Origin: Eledone cirrhosa
Lineage: Eukaryota
Direction: 5' to 3'
Assembly: GCA_964016885.1 (NCBI GenBank)
Contig: OZ024741.1
Coordinates: forward strand, 234,360,001 to 234,424,000
Length of the DNA stretch: 64,000 nucleotides
Below, one piece after another: positions 52,648 to 63,809 of the stretch. A program made the translations under genes and the position numbers. The notes beneath the pieces were generated by a model. It was given only the letters and a program-made list of their open reading frames with translations. It did no database searches and was not told the origin of the DNA. Every line of letters begins with the position of its first letter. Within the stretch, counting starts at the first letter, position 1.

Positions 52648-54659
52648 CAAAATATATATATTTTGTGTGAGTCACCTCAACATGATCTCCACACATAAAT
52701 CCTCAAATGTCATCATTCATAAAACACCAGGGGAAAAACAGTCAGATGAAGAAGAAATGATACAAGCCACAGTGTATCCTTCTGCTTGTCTTCTAATTAA
52801 ATAACAGTGCTCAAAATGAAAATGTGAGAAATTGCACAAGTGGTCTTAGAAATAATATATGTATGCACATATATACATACTGGGGTTTAAAATGACAGTA
52901 TGGTTTAATAGAACTTAAGTGACAAGATGATAAGAATGAGATGGTAGGTGGGATTTTAAATTCATTCTGTGCTAACATCAAAGATTGTTGCTCCTGCTGC
53001 TGTTGTTGTTGGTGGTGGCTGTTTTCCAGTTCTTTTATTCCAATATTGTTAGAAAAGAAAACTTGGTGGCAGTGTAGAGTAGCAGTGCTTCAAGACAGGC
53101 TGTCTGAAATATAAAGGTGATTTATTAGTGATTGAAAAGGATGTGAGAGTATCTGTGTGTGCATGTGCAAGCAAGTATATGCATATCTGTATATGTATGT
53201 GTATGTGCATGTGTGTGTGTGTATGAATGTATGTAGGAACTATGCCAAAAGGACACAACAAACTTCTAGTGATAAAACTTCTCATGATAAAATGCAACTG
53301 GTGCATTCTGTAGAGTGCAGGAACATATGTAAGTAAGAATTGGGCCCCCTGGCCCATCTGAGAGGTCAGTAGCTCAGATTAAGTACTGACTTGGTCTGTG
53401 ACAACCAATCCAAACTTTCCTAGCAGGGAAAATGGATGTTAAATGATGATGTATGTATGTGCATATATACCTGTACATGTGTTTATGTATATAACTATCA
53501 CTGTCAACTGCCTTAATTTGAACATAAACAATTCTATATGAAACCAATCATGCTATCCACGAAGTCCAGCAAATGCTATCCAATCCATAATCCTACAATC
53601 ATGCCCACTCACCACACAAGACAAAGTAAAATTCTAACATATTCTTCAAAACCATACCCTAACCACCTGGCAAAACAACAACCAGCCCGCAGCAATTACT
53701 GATGTGAGGGGGCACAGACGTCATCAGGCTGCAGTTGTTGTATTACATAGTTTCTACATTGTGTACATTATTTTATTATACTTTGTTCCCTGAAATCAAA
53801 GACTGATAGCTGATGTTTAAGGAAATTACAAAAATACAAGGACCGTGACAAGTGGAGAGATGTTGTGCTGAGTAGGACCTGTCCACCCTTGCAAGCAGGG
53901 AAAAGCGGACGTAAAATGATGATGATGATAATGACACCCTAGAACTAAATATAAATATTATTGAGCTCATGAGAACTTCCTACCCACATTCAAATTTGTA
54001 ACTGCCTACTGAATCATCATCACTACTATCATCATCATCGTTCAACACCATTTTCTATGCTTGCATGGTTTGGACGGGCTATCTCGTACTGAGGCTAAAC
54101 TGGTCAGATGACCTCATCTTGCCTATACATTCCATTCTGGACTTCGTTTTCTACAGCTGGATGCCCTTCCTAATCCTAATGTCATTTTATAATGTGTACT
54201 GGATGTGTTTTTGTCATGGCACCAATACTACCACCTTACAGGGTGAACTGGATGCTTTTTGTTGTGGCACCAACATGATCACCTTATAGGTTGGGCTGGG
54301 TGCTTTTTCTTGTGGATATATATATATATAGGGAGGAAATGGTTGAATCCTTAAGACCAAAACAATAATTAAGTTACATAACTTTAAATTTGTAAAATCA
54401 AAATTTTTTATGTACATATAATTTAATCATGGTATTGAAAAGGTTACTCTTAGCTTGCTAGAAATAGCAGTCAAATCAAACTCTACTGACTGGAAAAAAA
54501 CACACACAAGAGAAAGTTAGTGCTTCATATATATATATATATAAAAACTCAAAAAAGCAGATGGTCATGCCTGGAACAGCTTTCATCACAGCTCTGTTAG
54601 ATCAGACCAGACTGGAAGATAAGCAGCAACAACATATAAATATTATTGTATTTGTTTAA

Positions 54660-54860
54660 CCCTTTCATCACCGTATTTCTAATGAAATACACTGCCTATG
54701 TGCTTTAATCAATTTTTAAAATAACCAAATATTTTTAGGAATTTAATAAAAATAACCTTTTCATTAGCAAGCTGATATGTAGAGCATTACATAACAAAAA
54801 TTTCTTAAATAAAACTATGATGAAAAGATTTATTTTAAGTATAAACAATTTTAAATGTGT
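54660..54860. mobile_element. piggyBac-type MITE end
   Basis: TTAA followed by CCCTTTCATCACC; partner end not found. Confidence 0.45.
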
Positions 54861-54879
54861 ACTTTTGAATCATAAATCT

Positions 54880-55190
54880 TCGAAAACGAACCAAGTGAAG
54901 TAGGGCAAATCATATAACCCTGAGTGCCCATTCTCCCTGAGCAGATAGAGAGTGGAACACATTCTGAGCTCATGTAGAGTAGCACTAACCTAAATACACA
55001 TGGAAGCACAATCAAGTGCTTAAGGAGATCATACATATGGTAAGTACAGCAAAAGTAAAATCCGTTGCACCATTTTACACGACAGGAGGCAGCAAATCAT
55101 GGCTAGGAACAGCTATGCCATACTGGGTATGGGAGTGGAGTCTTTTGGGTCGTGCAGATGACTAGGAGTGCACAGCAGACCACCAAGGAT
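54880..55190 (+). pseudogene. HERO-type non-LTR retrotransposon, CCHC knuckle region (left part of a split element)
   Basis: Manual translation: N.VK*GKSYNPECPF....VEHILSSCRVAL..KYTWKHNQVLKEI...LLGRADD*ECTAD. Confidence 0.75.
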
Positions 55191-55205
55191 CTTTTTAAAC
55201 AAACA

Positions 55206-55211
55206 TTTATT
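55206..55211 (-). promoter_or_regulatory. Candidate polyadenylation signal of the transposase
   Basis: AATAAA on the minus strand about 135 nt after the stop codon. Confidence 0.5.
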
Positions 55212-55345
55212 AACAACACAAGGCTTCAACGTCATTCAAACTATATAGAAAAGCAGAAAAACATCAAAAATACAGTTTTTAAGGTTAGATTAGTTACTAA
55301 ACATGGATCCACAAATTTTAGAGGCACCTTTTCTCCAGAACCTAT

Positions 55346-57115
55346 TCAGTAATGTAAATTTGTGTGGAATGTCTTGAAACATGGGTCTACACATAGAGCA
55401 ACTTCACAGTCTGCGCATTGGTAGCGACTTTCTCTCCTTCTATCATTATCGGAACATACTTTGCACTTCCTGGTTGGATTTGGCTTCTTTTCGGTTGGTG
55501 GAATCAGAGAAGGTAAGTGCCTTTCAGTCAAACGAAGTGTATTTTCAATGGACAGGCGGCCACCGCTTGTCTTTGACCGTTGCACATGGTGTCTTTCCAC
55601 TAAACTGCGGATAACGCTCATTCTGAAGTCAAGGAGTGATGAGTCATTTCCCACAGCTTTGTACAATATCAAAGCATTGAACAAAGATATATCCAGCATG
55701 TGAAAAAATACTTTTTTGTACCATTTTATGGTTTTTCGCATACTGGGGTACGCATGCTGTACACTATCACATAAGTCCCCACCTCCCATGTATTTGATAT
55801 AGTCAACCACACATTTAGGCTTTACCACATCCGTACCAATTGCTATACTCCTTCCGGTATTTTGCATTGAATTGTCATGCATTGTACTAAGCATAAAAAT
55901 GTCTTGCTTATCCTTCCAATGATAAGCAGCAGTACCTCCTTTCTGGAATACTTCCATTTCTCCAGTCTGCATTTTTGAAAAGTCAGATTTCGGCATTCCA
56001 CTTCTGTTTTTCTGCACAGTTCCACACATGTAGGTTTGATTATCCAGCAACATGTTTGCCAGAGTAGGGCTAGTAAAAAATCTGTCAAGGTAGAGTTTAT
56101 AATTTTGGCCAAACAAGGGCTCCATGAAGGTGTAAACAACCCTTTCACCTTGGTCACTCTCCTCAGTACTGTATCGTGCAGTGGCATCGGTATATACAAG
56201 AAAGTCCCACACATAGCCAGTTGTACTTCCACAAAGTTCATAGCTTTTCACTCCAAACCTGGCCCGCTTGGTCGGAATGTATTGGCGAAATCCAAGCCGA
56301 CCCTTCCACAAGATCAGCGACTCGTCAATACAGACATGTTCACGTGGTAGATATGACGTCCTGAACTTTTCTCGCAAGTGGTCAATAATGGGCTGTAATT
56401 TGTAAAGCCTTTCATCAGCATTTTGCTGGGTATTATCAGCAAAATGTAGCATAGTCAGCAGGAGCAGGAAACGGTTTTTGGTCATACACTGTCCAAAAAA
56501 TGGAGTAGAAATCAGTGGATCAGTGCTGAAATACATGGAAATTTTAGGTTTCTTTTCTATCCCCATTAGCATAATCAATGCAAAAAATTCATATATTTCA
56601 TCGCTGTTGGTTGGTTTCCATGCTTTTATCCTGGAGTATTCCATTAGATCATATCTAGCTATGAACAACTGAGCATACTTGTTTGTCTCTGTAACTATGT
56701 GATATACTAAGTTCGGTGAAACGAACTTTTTGAAGCAGACAACAGGCTCAGATTCCTGCGTCAAATCCTGATGTTGAACACCATGATTTCCGGAAAATTC
56801 ATTAACAAATGGTGGTGTAAATGACTTTGAGTTCCAATCACTTTCACTAACACGAGAAGAACGTTTTTTCTTTGTATTTTCTTTTCTTTGACTCTGTCGC
56901 GTGCGTTTTCCCCGCCCGTGTGTATTTACACTCTGTTGACCTGTACTTGTTGATGGTTGGTTTATATCAATATCGGTATCACTTGAGCTCGATTCAACTT
57001 CAGGATCACATGAAAAATCACTATCTAGTTCACTATTATAATCCTCATCATCAGAACCGTGAGTAAATATTATTTCCAAAACATCTTTTACATTTACTGT
57101 TTTTCTTGACGCCAT
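55346..57115 (-). CDS. piggyBac transposase (PGBD4-like), 589 aa from the first in-frame ATG
   Basis: Acidic N-terminus; DDD motifs IDESL, LDRFFTS and GGGDLCD; C-terminal Cys-rich domain CKVC..CADC...C..PC...H; no stops. Confidence 0.92.
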   Translation of the reverse strand: MASRKTVNVKDVLEIIFTHGSDDEDYNSELDSDFSCDPEVESSSSDTDIDINQPSTSTGQQSVNTHGRGKRTRQSQRKENTKKKRSSRVSESDWNSKSFTPPFVNEFSGNHGVQHQDLTQESEPVVCFKKFVSPNLVYHIVTETNKYAQLFIARYDLMEYSRIKAWKPTNSDEIYEFFALIMLMGIEKKPKISMYFSTDPLISTPFFGQCMTKNRFLLLLTMLHFADNTQQNADERLYKLQPIIDHLREKFRTSYLPREHVCIDESLILWKGRLGFRQYIPTKRARFGVKSYELCGSTTGYVWDFLVYTDATARYSTEESDQGERVVYTFMEPLFGQNYKLYLDRFFTSPTLANMLLDNQTYMCGTVQKNRSGMPKSDFSKMQTGEMEVFQKGGTAAYHWKDKQDIFMLSTMHDNSMQNTGRSIAIGTDVVKPKCVVDYIKYMGGGDLCDSVQHAYPSMRKTIKWYKKVFFHMLDISLFNALILYKAVGNDSSLLDFRMSVIRSLVERHHVQRSKTSGGRLSIENTLRLTERHLPSLIPPTEKKPNPTRKCKVCSDNDRRRESRYQCADCEVALCVDPCFKTFHTNLHY

Positions 57116-57297
57116 CTTACCATTCAAATCACACGCGTACTATAAGAATAACAATGACAAAAAAAAATCTCAAATGATCACTGAGAAAAAAACCCATGCG
57201 AAATTTATTTGGTAACCGTACTCATATCTGAATGATTGACAAATGCCACATCAATCAACTAGTAGCCCCATCTAACTTTGAAGTTATGAACTGTTGG

Positions 57298-57440
57298 AAA
57301 AGAGTTATCTCGTCCGTGGCCCTGGAATGCATACATGTTAGAACAAGTTATCTAGTCCGTGGCACTAGAATGTATACATGTTAGGACGAGTTATCTTGTC
57401 CGTGGAACTGGATGCATATATTAGGACGAGATATCTCGTC
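57298..57440. repeat. piggyBac subterminal tandem repeat, about 43 bp x 3.3
   Basis: GGACGAGTTATCTCGTCCGTGGCACTGGAATGCATACATGTTA; each unit contains the palindrome GGACGAG-N4-CTCGTCC. Confidence 0.9.
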
Positions 57441-57456
57441 TACAATACGATAGAGG

Positions 57457-58170
57457 TTAAGACCGGATATCGTACTCCATTCCAGTTCATCAAAACAGTT
57501 GATTTTGATTGATCTTACCATGCCATTTGAAAGTAAAATAGAAGAAACACACGTGTTCGAGATCGAAAAATACGCCAGTTAGGGAAACAGCCTGAAGGAA
57601 GCTAACTTCCGCATCAAAGTTCTCGCCATAGAAGTTAGAGCTAGATGCTTTGTTGGCAAATATGCCTACAATCTCATAAAACAACTCTCAGTTTCTGTGA
57701 AGAGCAAGACCAAAGACAATATCACAGGCAGCGGGGAGGAGTTCCAGCTGTATCTGGTCAAGGAGGGACAAAAACAACCTCCATGTTGTTTGAGGGCATC
57801 GTGTTTGTATTTTAATGTACGCCAAGGGGAGTAACTTGTAGTGATGGCGGCGACGGAGACACTGTAGAGTCTCCCCGCTACCTTGACTACCAACGCTATT
57901 TTTCCAAACTCAAGAAAGCGTTTAAATATGTTTGAAAGCAGGAGTAACAGAGATGAGTTCCAGCTGCATCTTGTCAACAAAATGCGGTTTAAATGCACAA
58001 CAAATTTCCGATATCCAAGTAGCTAAAAAAAAGTCAGCAAAAGGGCACCCAGGATTAATGACCACGATACAGCCCGGCCCCCTTTAGAGCCTAAGAAGTT
58101 ATGAGGCGAAACACTTGTATGAGTGGGGTTTCTTTTTAGAAGACCTTCTGCTATCCAGCTCTCCAGAGAG
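57457..58170 (+). pseudogene. HERO-type retrotransposon RLE domain and 3' UTR (right part of the split element)
   Basis: LRPDIVLHS..KQLILIDLTMPFE...EKY..*...AIEVRARCFVG, starting exactly at the TTAA. Confidence 0.8.
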
Positions 58171-59210
58171 TTTCTTATCATCATAAAAGAGGACGTCAGT
58201 GTTAATTTCTACTGTATGTATAATTTTATAATGACATTTTTTTCTTATCTTAACACGACCATAAATATCTCTCTTTTAACAGAATCGGTACAAGATTTAA
58301 CCGATGCCACATTTACACATGCATGCACCTTCGGTGAAATCGTGTTTTGTTTCTGTACAGATATGTATCTACAGCATATGTCAGTTACTTAGTGCACAAT
58401 TCAATACATAACTCTCTTCCCATTCGAGAGAGGTAAATCCTTAATTTGAGATACTACGAGCTGCAACTCGTTCTCTGCCTCCAACGTTGTCGTTTCGGCC
58501 GAAAACCCAGGCACTGCCAAACACCGGAGTTTGACATACTTCTTCCTTCGATACATCAGGTATCCCATTTTCCTTCGCAAAATCAGAAAAACAACAGACC
58601 GCTTAAAGGATGCAGGGTGACTGTTGCACTTGGCAATACCTTCGCCATTTTGTCCGCAAGACACAGCTAAGAGAAACCATTCGGACTGGGGTGTAGAGTC
58701 TGATTCCATTCCCTGTTTAATTTTTTTCTTTCATTTTTATTTTTCTTCTATTTTTCATTCATAACTATCCAGAGGGAAAAAATTCCTTTAAGACGACAGC
58801 AGTTATCTCCCTTCTATTTGTTAGCCGATTGAATAGACCTTCGTTGGTTTTGACGATATGTGTTCCAGTTGTTCGTTCAATGGAACAGCCTGTTCGTGAA
58901 ATTAACGTGCTGTGGTAAGTGACGCTCAAGATGCCACGATATTGACGTCGAACCTAGTACCTATGGATTGCGAAGCAAACTTCTTAACTTTTAGACTATG
59001 CTGCACCCACTACCTATTTGCATCTACTCATGAAACAAAGAGAAGAATTAAAACCTACATATATTTCGCTAGAACAAAGTTAAGGACTAAATACATAATA
59101 TATAAATCAAGTCGTATTTATTACAACTTTTCTCATTCTTTACCAGTAAATGTTTACATAGAGATCATGAATAGACAAACAGCTGTTTCAACTGTTGACA
59201 TTCTCTAGCA

Positions 59211-59586
59211 TAGAGATGGGAAACTTGCAGTCTTCTATGCCATTCTGTGAGGCCTTTTGAAAGATTCAAAAATGTTTGTTAATGTTTTTGTCTATTTCTT
59301 ATTATTTTAATTTAAACCATAAGATGAACATATTCTAAATACCAAAGAGTAAAAGAAAATTCGACAAAATAATCCACACTGACAAACAGCCAGAATTTAA
59401 AAAATAATAGATAAGGGCCATTTCAGCACTTTCTATGCTCATGTCTTCGTTCTAATGCGATTCTAGAATGTACATTAAATTCCTACTTTTTTAAAATTTA
59501 TAATTATGATTTCTTGAATGCAGCCATATTATATTACAAGTAACTTAATGTGGCCTTTCAACATGAAAATGTTCTCCCCACCTCTG
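59211..59586. mobile_element. hAT (Charlie-like) MITE, old
   Basis: TAGAGATGGGAAAC / GTTCTCCCCACCTCTG; degenerate TSD CTCTAGCA/CTCTGGGG. Confidence 0.65.
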
Positions 59587-61085
59587 CTCTGGGGTGTCAC
59601 CATACAGTGTGTTGCTATTAACATTACACTAGGTCAAAATACTCAAATACTTGGTTTGCACACGTTTTTCGCCTTTCTTTTAAGTAAATATATCATACAG
59701 TAAAACAAATAATATAAATTCACAACTGACTTAAATTCAATATATTATATAGTCTTTTACAGGTTGTGACCATGCTGGGGCACTGCCATTTGTTGAGGGT
59801 AAAAGTAACAAATCACTAACTGTTACTTAAATGTGAATAAATACAGGAAAAATACACCATGGTCGCTAAACTGCTAGAAATAGCAACCACTTCATCCTCA
59901 AATCACACACTCCAACAATTGACTATTTTGAAGTCAATCAAATATTCAAACCCCATCTTTAGAATAAAAATGTTGGCAGTAATGGTATGGTGTTTGTGTG
60001 CTTTACATTGGTTGTAAAGAATCATGGGAGTATGGGGTAAAAATCTTCAAATTATTCAATGGATAAAGTGTTATAGTTAATTTCAAGATAAGGTTGTGAA
60101 AATCTAGAAACATTAATAAACTAATGGACTTAGGAACATTACTGCCTTGAACTAAACATTGAGAAGTGATTAAGAAATATGATAAATCATTTTTAAAAAT
60201 GGAACTTGAAAACAATCATGTCTTTAATCTAATATGTTTCAAAGAAAAACTGTTCCTTATTTACACAAATATATATATACAGGTGTGTATATGTATATAT
60301 ATGTATATACACACATTTAACGTCCATTTTTCTATGCTAGCATGAGTTAGACAGGGTGTCCCATTTGGGGCAAGTTGGGTCAGGTGACCATGCCTTGCTC
60401 ACACACAACTGTTTTTAGCTTGGTTTCTACGGCTGGATACCCTTCCTAACGGCAATCACATTTACAGTGCATGCTAGGTGCTTTATGTCGCGACTCCTAC
60501 ACGACCACTTTACAGTGTGGACTAGGTCTTTTTATCGTGACACCTATACGACCACCTTACATGTAGATGACTAACACTCTAACTGGTGGATCTTGAAGTA
60601 TCCTGAGGTAAGCACTCAACAGCATGAAGCATTCCAGATGACATCTGGTAGTCCAAGCAAAGTATATACAGTGAAGAATAAAAATAATATTCGGAAGACC
60701 ATCTGAAGAGGCCGGATTGATACACTGTATAATCATCAAACCCATCAAAACATTTGTAATGGAAAATTTCTGAATAAATTGTTGTGAAAACCCAACATGT
60801 ATACTTTATATATAAATATATAGTGACAGAATAAACCCAACTTAATGTACTTTTCATAATTATAATTAGAGAGAGAGTTAAAATCAGTGCAATCTCTTGT
60901 CTCCCCTGACAAAGCAACTCCACCTATATATTAGTAACAACAGCAGTGGCAGCAGCAGCAGTAATAGCAAAGATTCTCAACATCTTCCTTTACATTCTAT
61001 CTCTTCCCTTTCTGTCCTACTTCACTAACAATCTGATAAACTAGACATTTTAAGTCCTTTTTTTCTGAATTGAATGAAGCCTTAA

Positions 61086-61334
61086 CCCTTTAGCATTCTC
61101 ATTATTCCATATATATACTATTATAATCCCGCCGAGGTTAACTTTGCCTTTCATCCTTACGGGGTCGATAAAATAAAGTACCAGTAATACACTGGGATAA
61201 TTGCTGGCCTTGTGCCAAAAAGTAGAAACAATTATATTTTGAGAACAATATCTTAACATCAGTTTGAGTGACCAGTTACAGCCAGTTTCAACAGAAAGAG
61301 GTAGAGAATTCTGGCCGGTTTGAACATTAAAGGG
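61086..61334. mobile_element. piggyBac-type MITE containing a truncated Nin SINE (61125-61235)
   Basis: TTAA-CCCTTTAGCATT ... TAAAGGG-TTAA. Confidence 0.85.
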
Positions 61335-62223
61335 TTAAACAAAGCATGCCTTTGTGTGCATGTGCACACATGTATGTGTGTGTAAGAGTGAGAGAGAGAA
61401 AACCTTAGCAATCATTACAAATATACATATCCACACATGTGTATTTATCTATATATATACTCTCATCATCATCATCATATATGTGTGTGTGATTAAGTTA
61501 TATCTCTATATATACAGTATAGAACTGAAACTGTCTAAATGTGTTTATAAATTTACACAATTTTAGTAAACCGACATGTAAACATGCCAAATATGTATAT
61601 TTCCCCGTAGAATGAAAAAAATGATTAACAGTGCTGCAACAAAATGGAGTGGGCCCTCCAGTGGAATTTTACTAGGTACTATATCATTATCATCATTATC
61701 ATCATTCACATCGGCTTTTGCATGTTTGCATGGATGGACAAGTCTTTTCCAGCACAGCATCCCTCCACTTATTGTGGTCCTTCATTACCTCCTTAGCTCT
61801 CACAACTTCTGACAAGTCTTCCACTGAGATATTCTAACACTTCTTCACTCAATGATCATCATCAATACACATCACATGTCCATACCAGTGTAGTCCTCTC
61901 TTCTGCACACCATATTTAAATTCCTCTTATACCCAGCTTTCCTCGGCACATTGATGCTTTGCCTTTCACGCATATATAAGTACATGAATGTATGTAGGTG
62001 TCACAACAAAAAGCACCCAGTACTCACTGTAAATGAGGTTGGCACTGGGAAGAGCATCCAGCTGTAGAAACCAAGCCAAAATCGGTTCTGTATGAGTATA
62101 TGGTCACCCAACAGGATAACTCGACTAACCCATGCCAGCGTGGAAAAATGGATGTTAAACGGTGATGATGATATACATACATAAATACTTACATATATGC
62201 ATAAATACATAAATATATATATC

Positions 62224-62378
62224 CACACTGTAAACGTGGTTGGTGTTAGGAAGGGCATCCAGCCGTAGAAAACCCGCCAGACAGTCCTGAGCAAGACAAC
62301 CAATCTTGCCTCAAGTGGGACAATTCCCGTCCAGACCCATGCTAGCGTGGAAGATGGACGTTAAACGATGATGATGAC
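62224..62378 (+). mobile_element. RTE-tailed SINE-like element, near-identical to 43585-43740
   Basis: Direct comparison. Confidence 0.8.
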
Positions 62379-62529
62379 ATTATTTTATGGTCAGAAACAT
62401 ACTTTTTTTCCTTTTCAGCTAGAAGCATTTGATTACCACCTTTTAAAACATGATCATCTTACACAAACGCCAGTGTGAATAGACTTGTATTTTTCTCTAG
62501 AAAAAGTTTTTTGGTTTCTGACATTGCCC

Positions 62530-62690
62530 AGTCTTCTCAGTCTTTCTATTTAATTTCTCATTCTATTTTCTGATGAAGGACTTGCATCCGAAACGTTAAG
62601 ACTCTTTTCTTTTCCTACTATATCAAGCTTAAAGCTAATAATATATGTCTTCATTGTACTGTTGTTTGCTTTATTTCTGTTTGCCTTTTG
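62530..62690 (+). mobile_element. Short Penelope-like/retrozyme-like element, best-preserved copy
   Basis: Shares flanks with copies at 15945, 25325, 31660 and 49025. Confidence 0.7.
62566..62601 (+). ncRNA. Minimal type I hammerhead ribozyme motif
   Basis: TTTT-CTGATGA-A-GGA-CTTGCA-TCC-GAAAC-GTT-AAGA: intact core, palindromic ACGT stem III. Confidence 0.6.
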
Positions 62691-62694
62691 TATA

Positions 62695-62726
<32 letters not shown>

Positions 62727-63025
62727 CACATACATACATACTCATATAATGTGGACCTAAGTTTACCAAATGTTTTAAAAATCTTATAGTTACAATCGAT
62801 AATAGGTTTGTTATGTTCACGAAACAATTAACTATTACATAAGATTTCTCAATCAGTACACTCCTCCTGTCCTCTCATACAGAACCACGGAATTAATAAT
62901 TGGCCAAGTTAATTTATAGTCAATATTCATCTCTTTTAAACTGCATATGTAATATGCCAATGATGTGCTATGCTTAAGATTTTTATTGTTAAACAAATAT
63001 GTGTGTGCTTGATAATGTTTCTTAA

Positions 63026-63223
63026 CCTTTTAGCATTTAAACTGGCCAGAATTCTCTCACCTCTTTCTGTTCAAACCGGCTGTAACCGACCGCTCATACT
63101 AATGTTAAGGTATTGTTCTCAAAATAAATAATATCAAAATCTCATAGATTTGATATTATGTGAGATAAAGCCTTTACTGTGAAAATATAATAGTAAATAT
63201 AGAGTAATGTAAATGCTAAAGGG
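63026..63223. mobile_element. piggyBac-type MITE, inverted relative to the 61086 copy
   Basis: TTAA-CCTTTTAGCATTT ... AAATGCTAAAGGG-TTAA. Confidence 0.9.
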
Positions 63224-63809
63224 TTAAACATATTTGCATTAGCTCCAATGTTATTTTATAAACCATTTGAGGTAACCACCCTACAGTTATATAATACGGT
63301 TTCATTGAAGCAATGTCCACCAAAAGGGATTCTCTGCAATTACATTCTGACATCTTTGGCATTATATTCTTCCTCAGGTATTCTATATTGCACTATATTA
63401 TTATCTACCTCACTATGATTGACAGCTATTCCACTTTGTCTTGATAGTATCCAATCTATAGTAAAATTAGTGTCTAATTTAGTATCTACTTCCTAAGTAA
63501 TTTTTCAATTAGAATCTCTACTCCAATTATTTGGATTACTGTTTGGTCTTCAGTTAAATTCACTACCTTTTATATTGAATGTTCATATTTTCCTTTTGTT
63601 AATGATAGCTATATTGCTGGCTAAATTAGGTGTAGTAGAGTATGAAAGTTTTACTGTATAACTATTAAATATTTTATGGTATTTATGTGTTTGGGGAAAT
63701 TTTTAAACCAAGATTCAAAAAAATATTTTTAGGTTCTTCAATAATACATAGTTCCTATTGTCAAGGTACTATTGAACAACCTAAAATAATATTTTTGGAA
63801 TCTTAGATT

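Larger units (their letters stand above)
55191..57456 (-). mobile_element. piggyBac transposon with one recognisable end
   Basis: TTAA at 57457-57460 abuts CCTCTATCG (minus strand); palindromic subterminal repeats; no matching TIR downstream of the ORF. Confidence 0.85.

Noticed and set aside
54656-54680. TTAACCCTTTC as the missing end of the piggyBac transposon
   Set aside because: Does not match the CCTCTATCG end and is separated from the transposase by HERO sequence
57116-57127. ORF-track start at 57127
   Set aside because: TTG codon; the first in-frame ATG is at 57115
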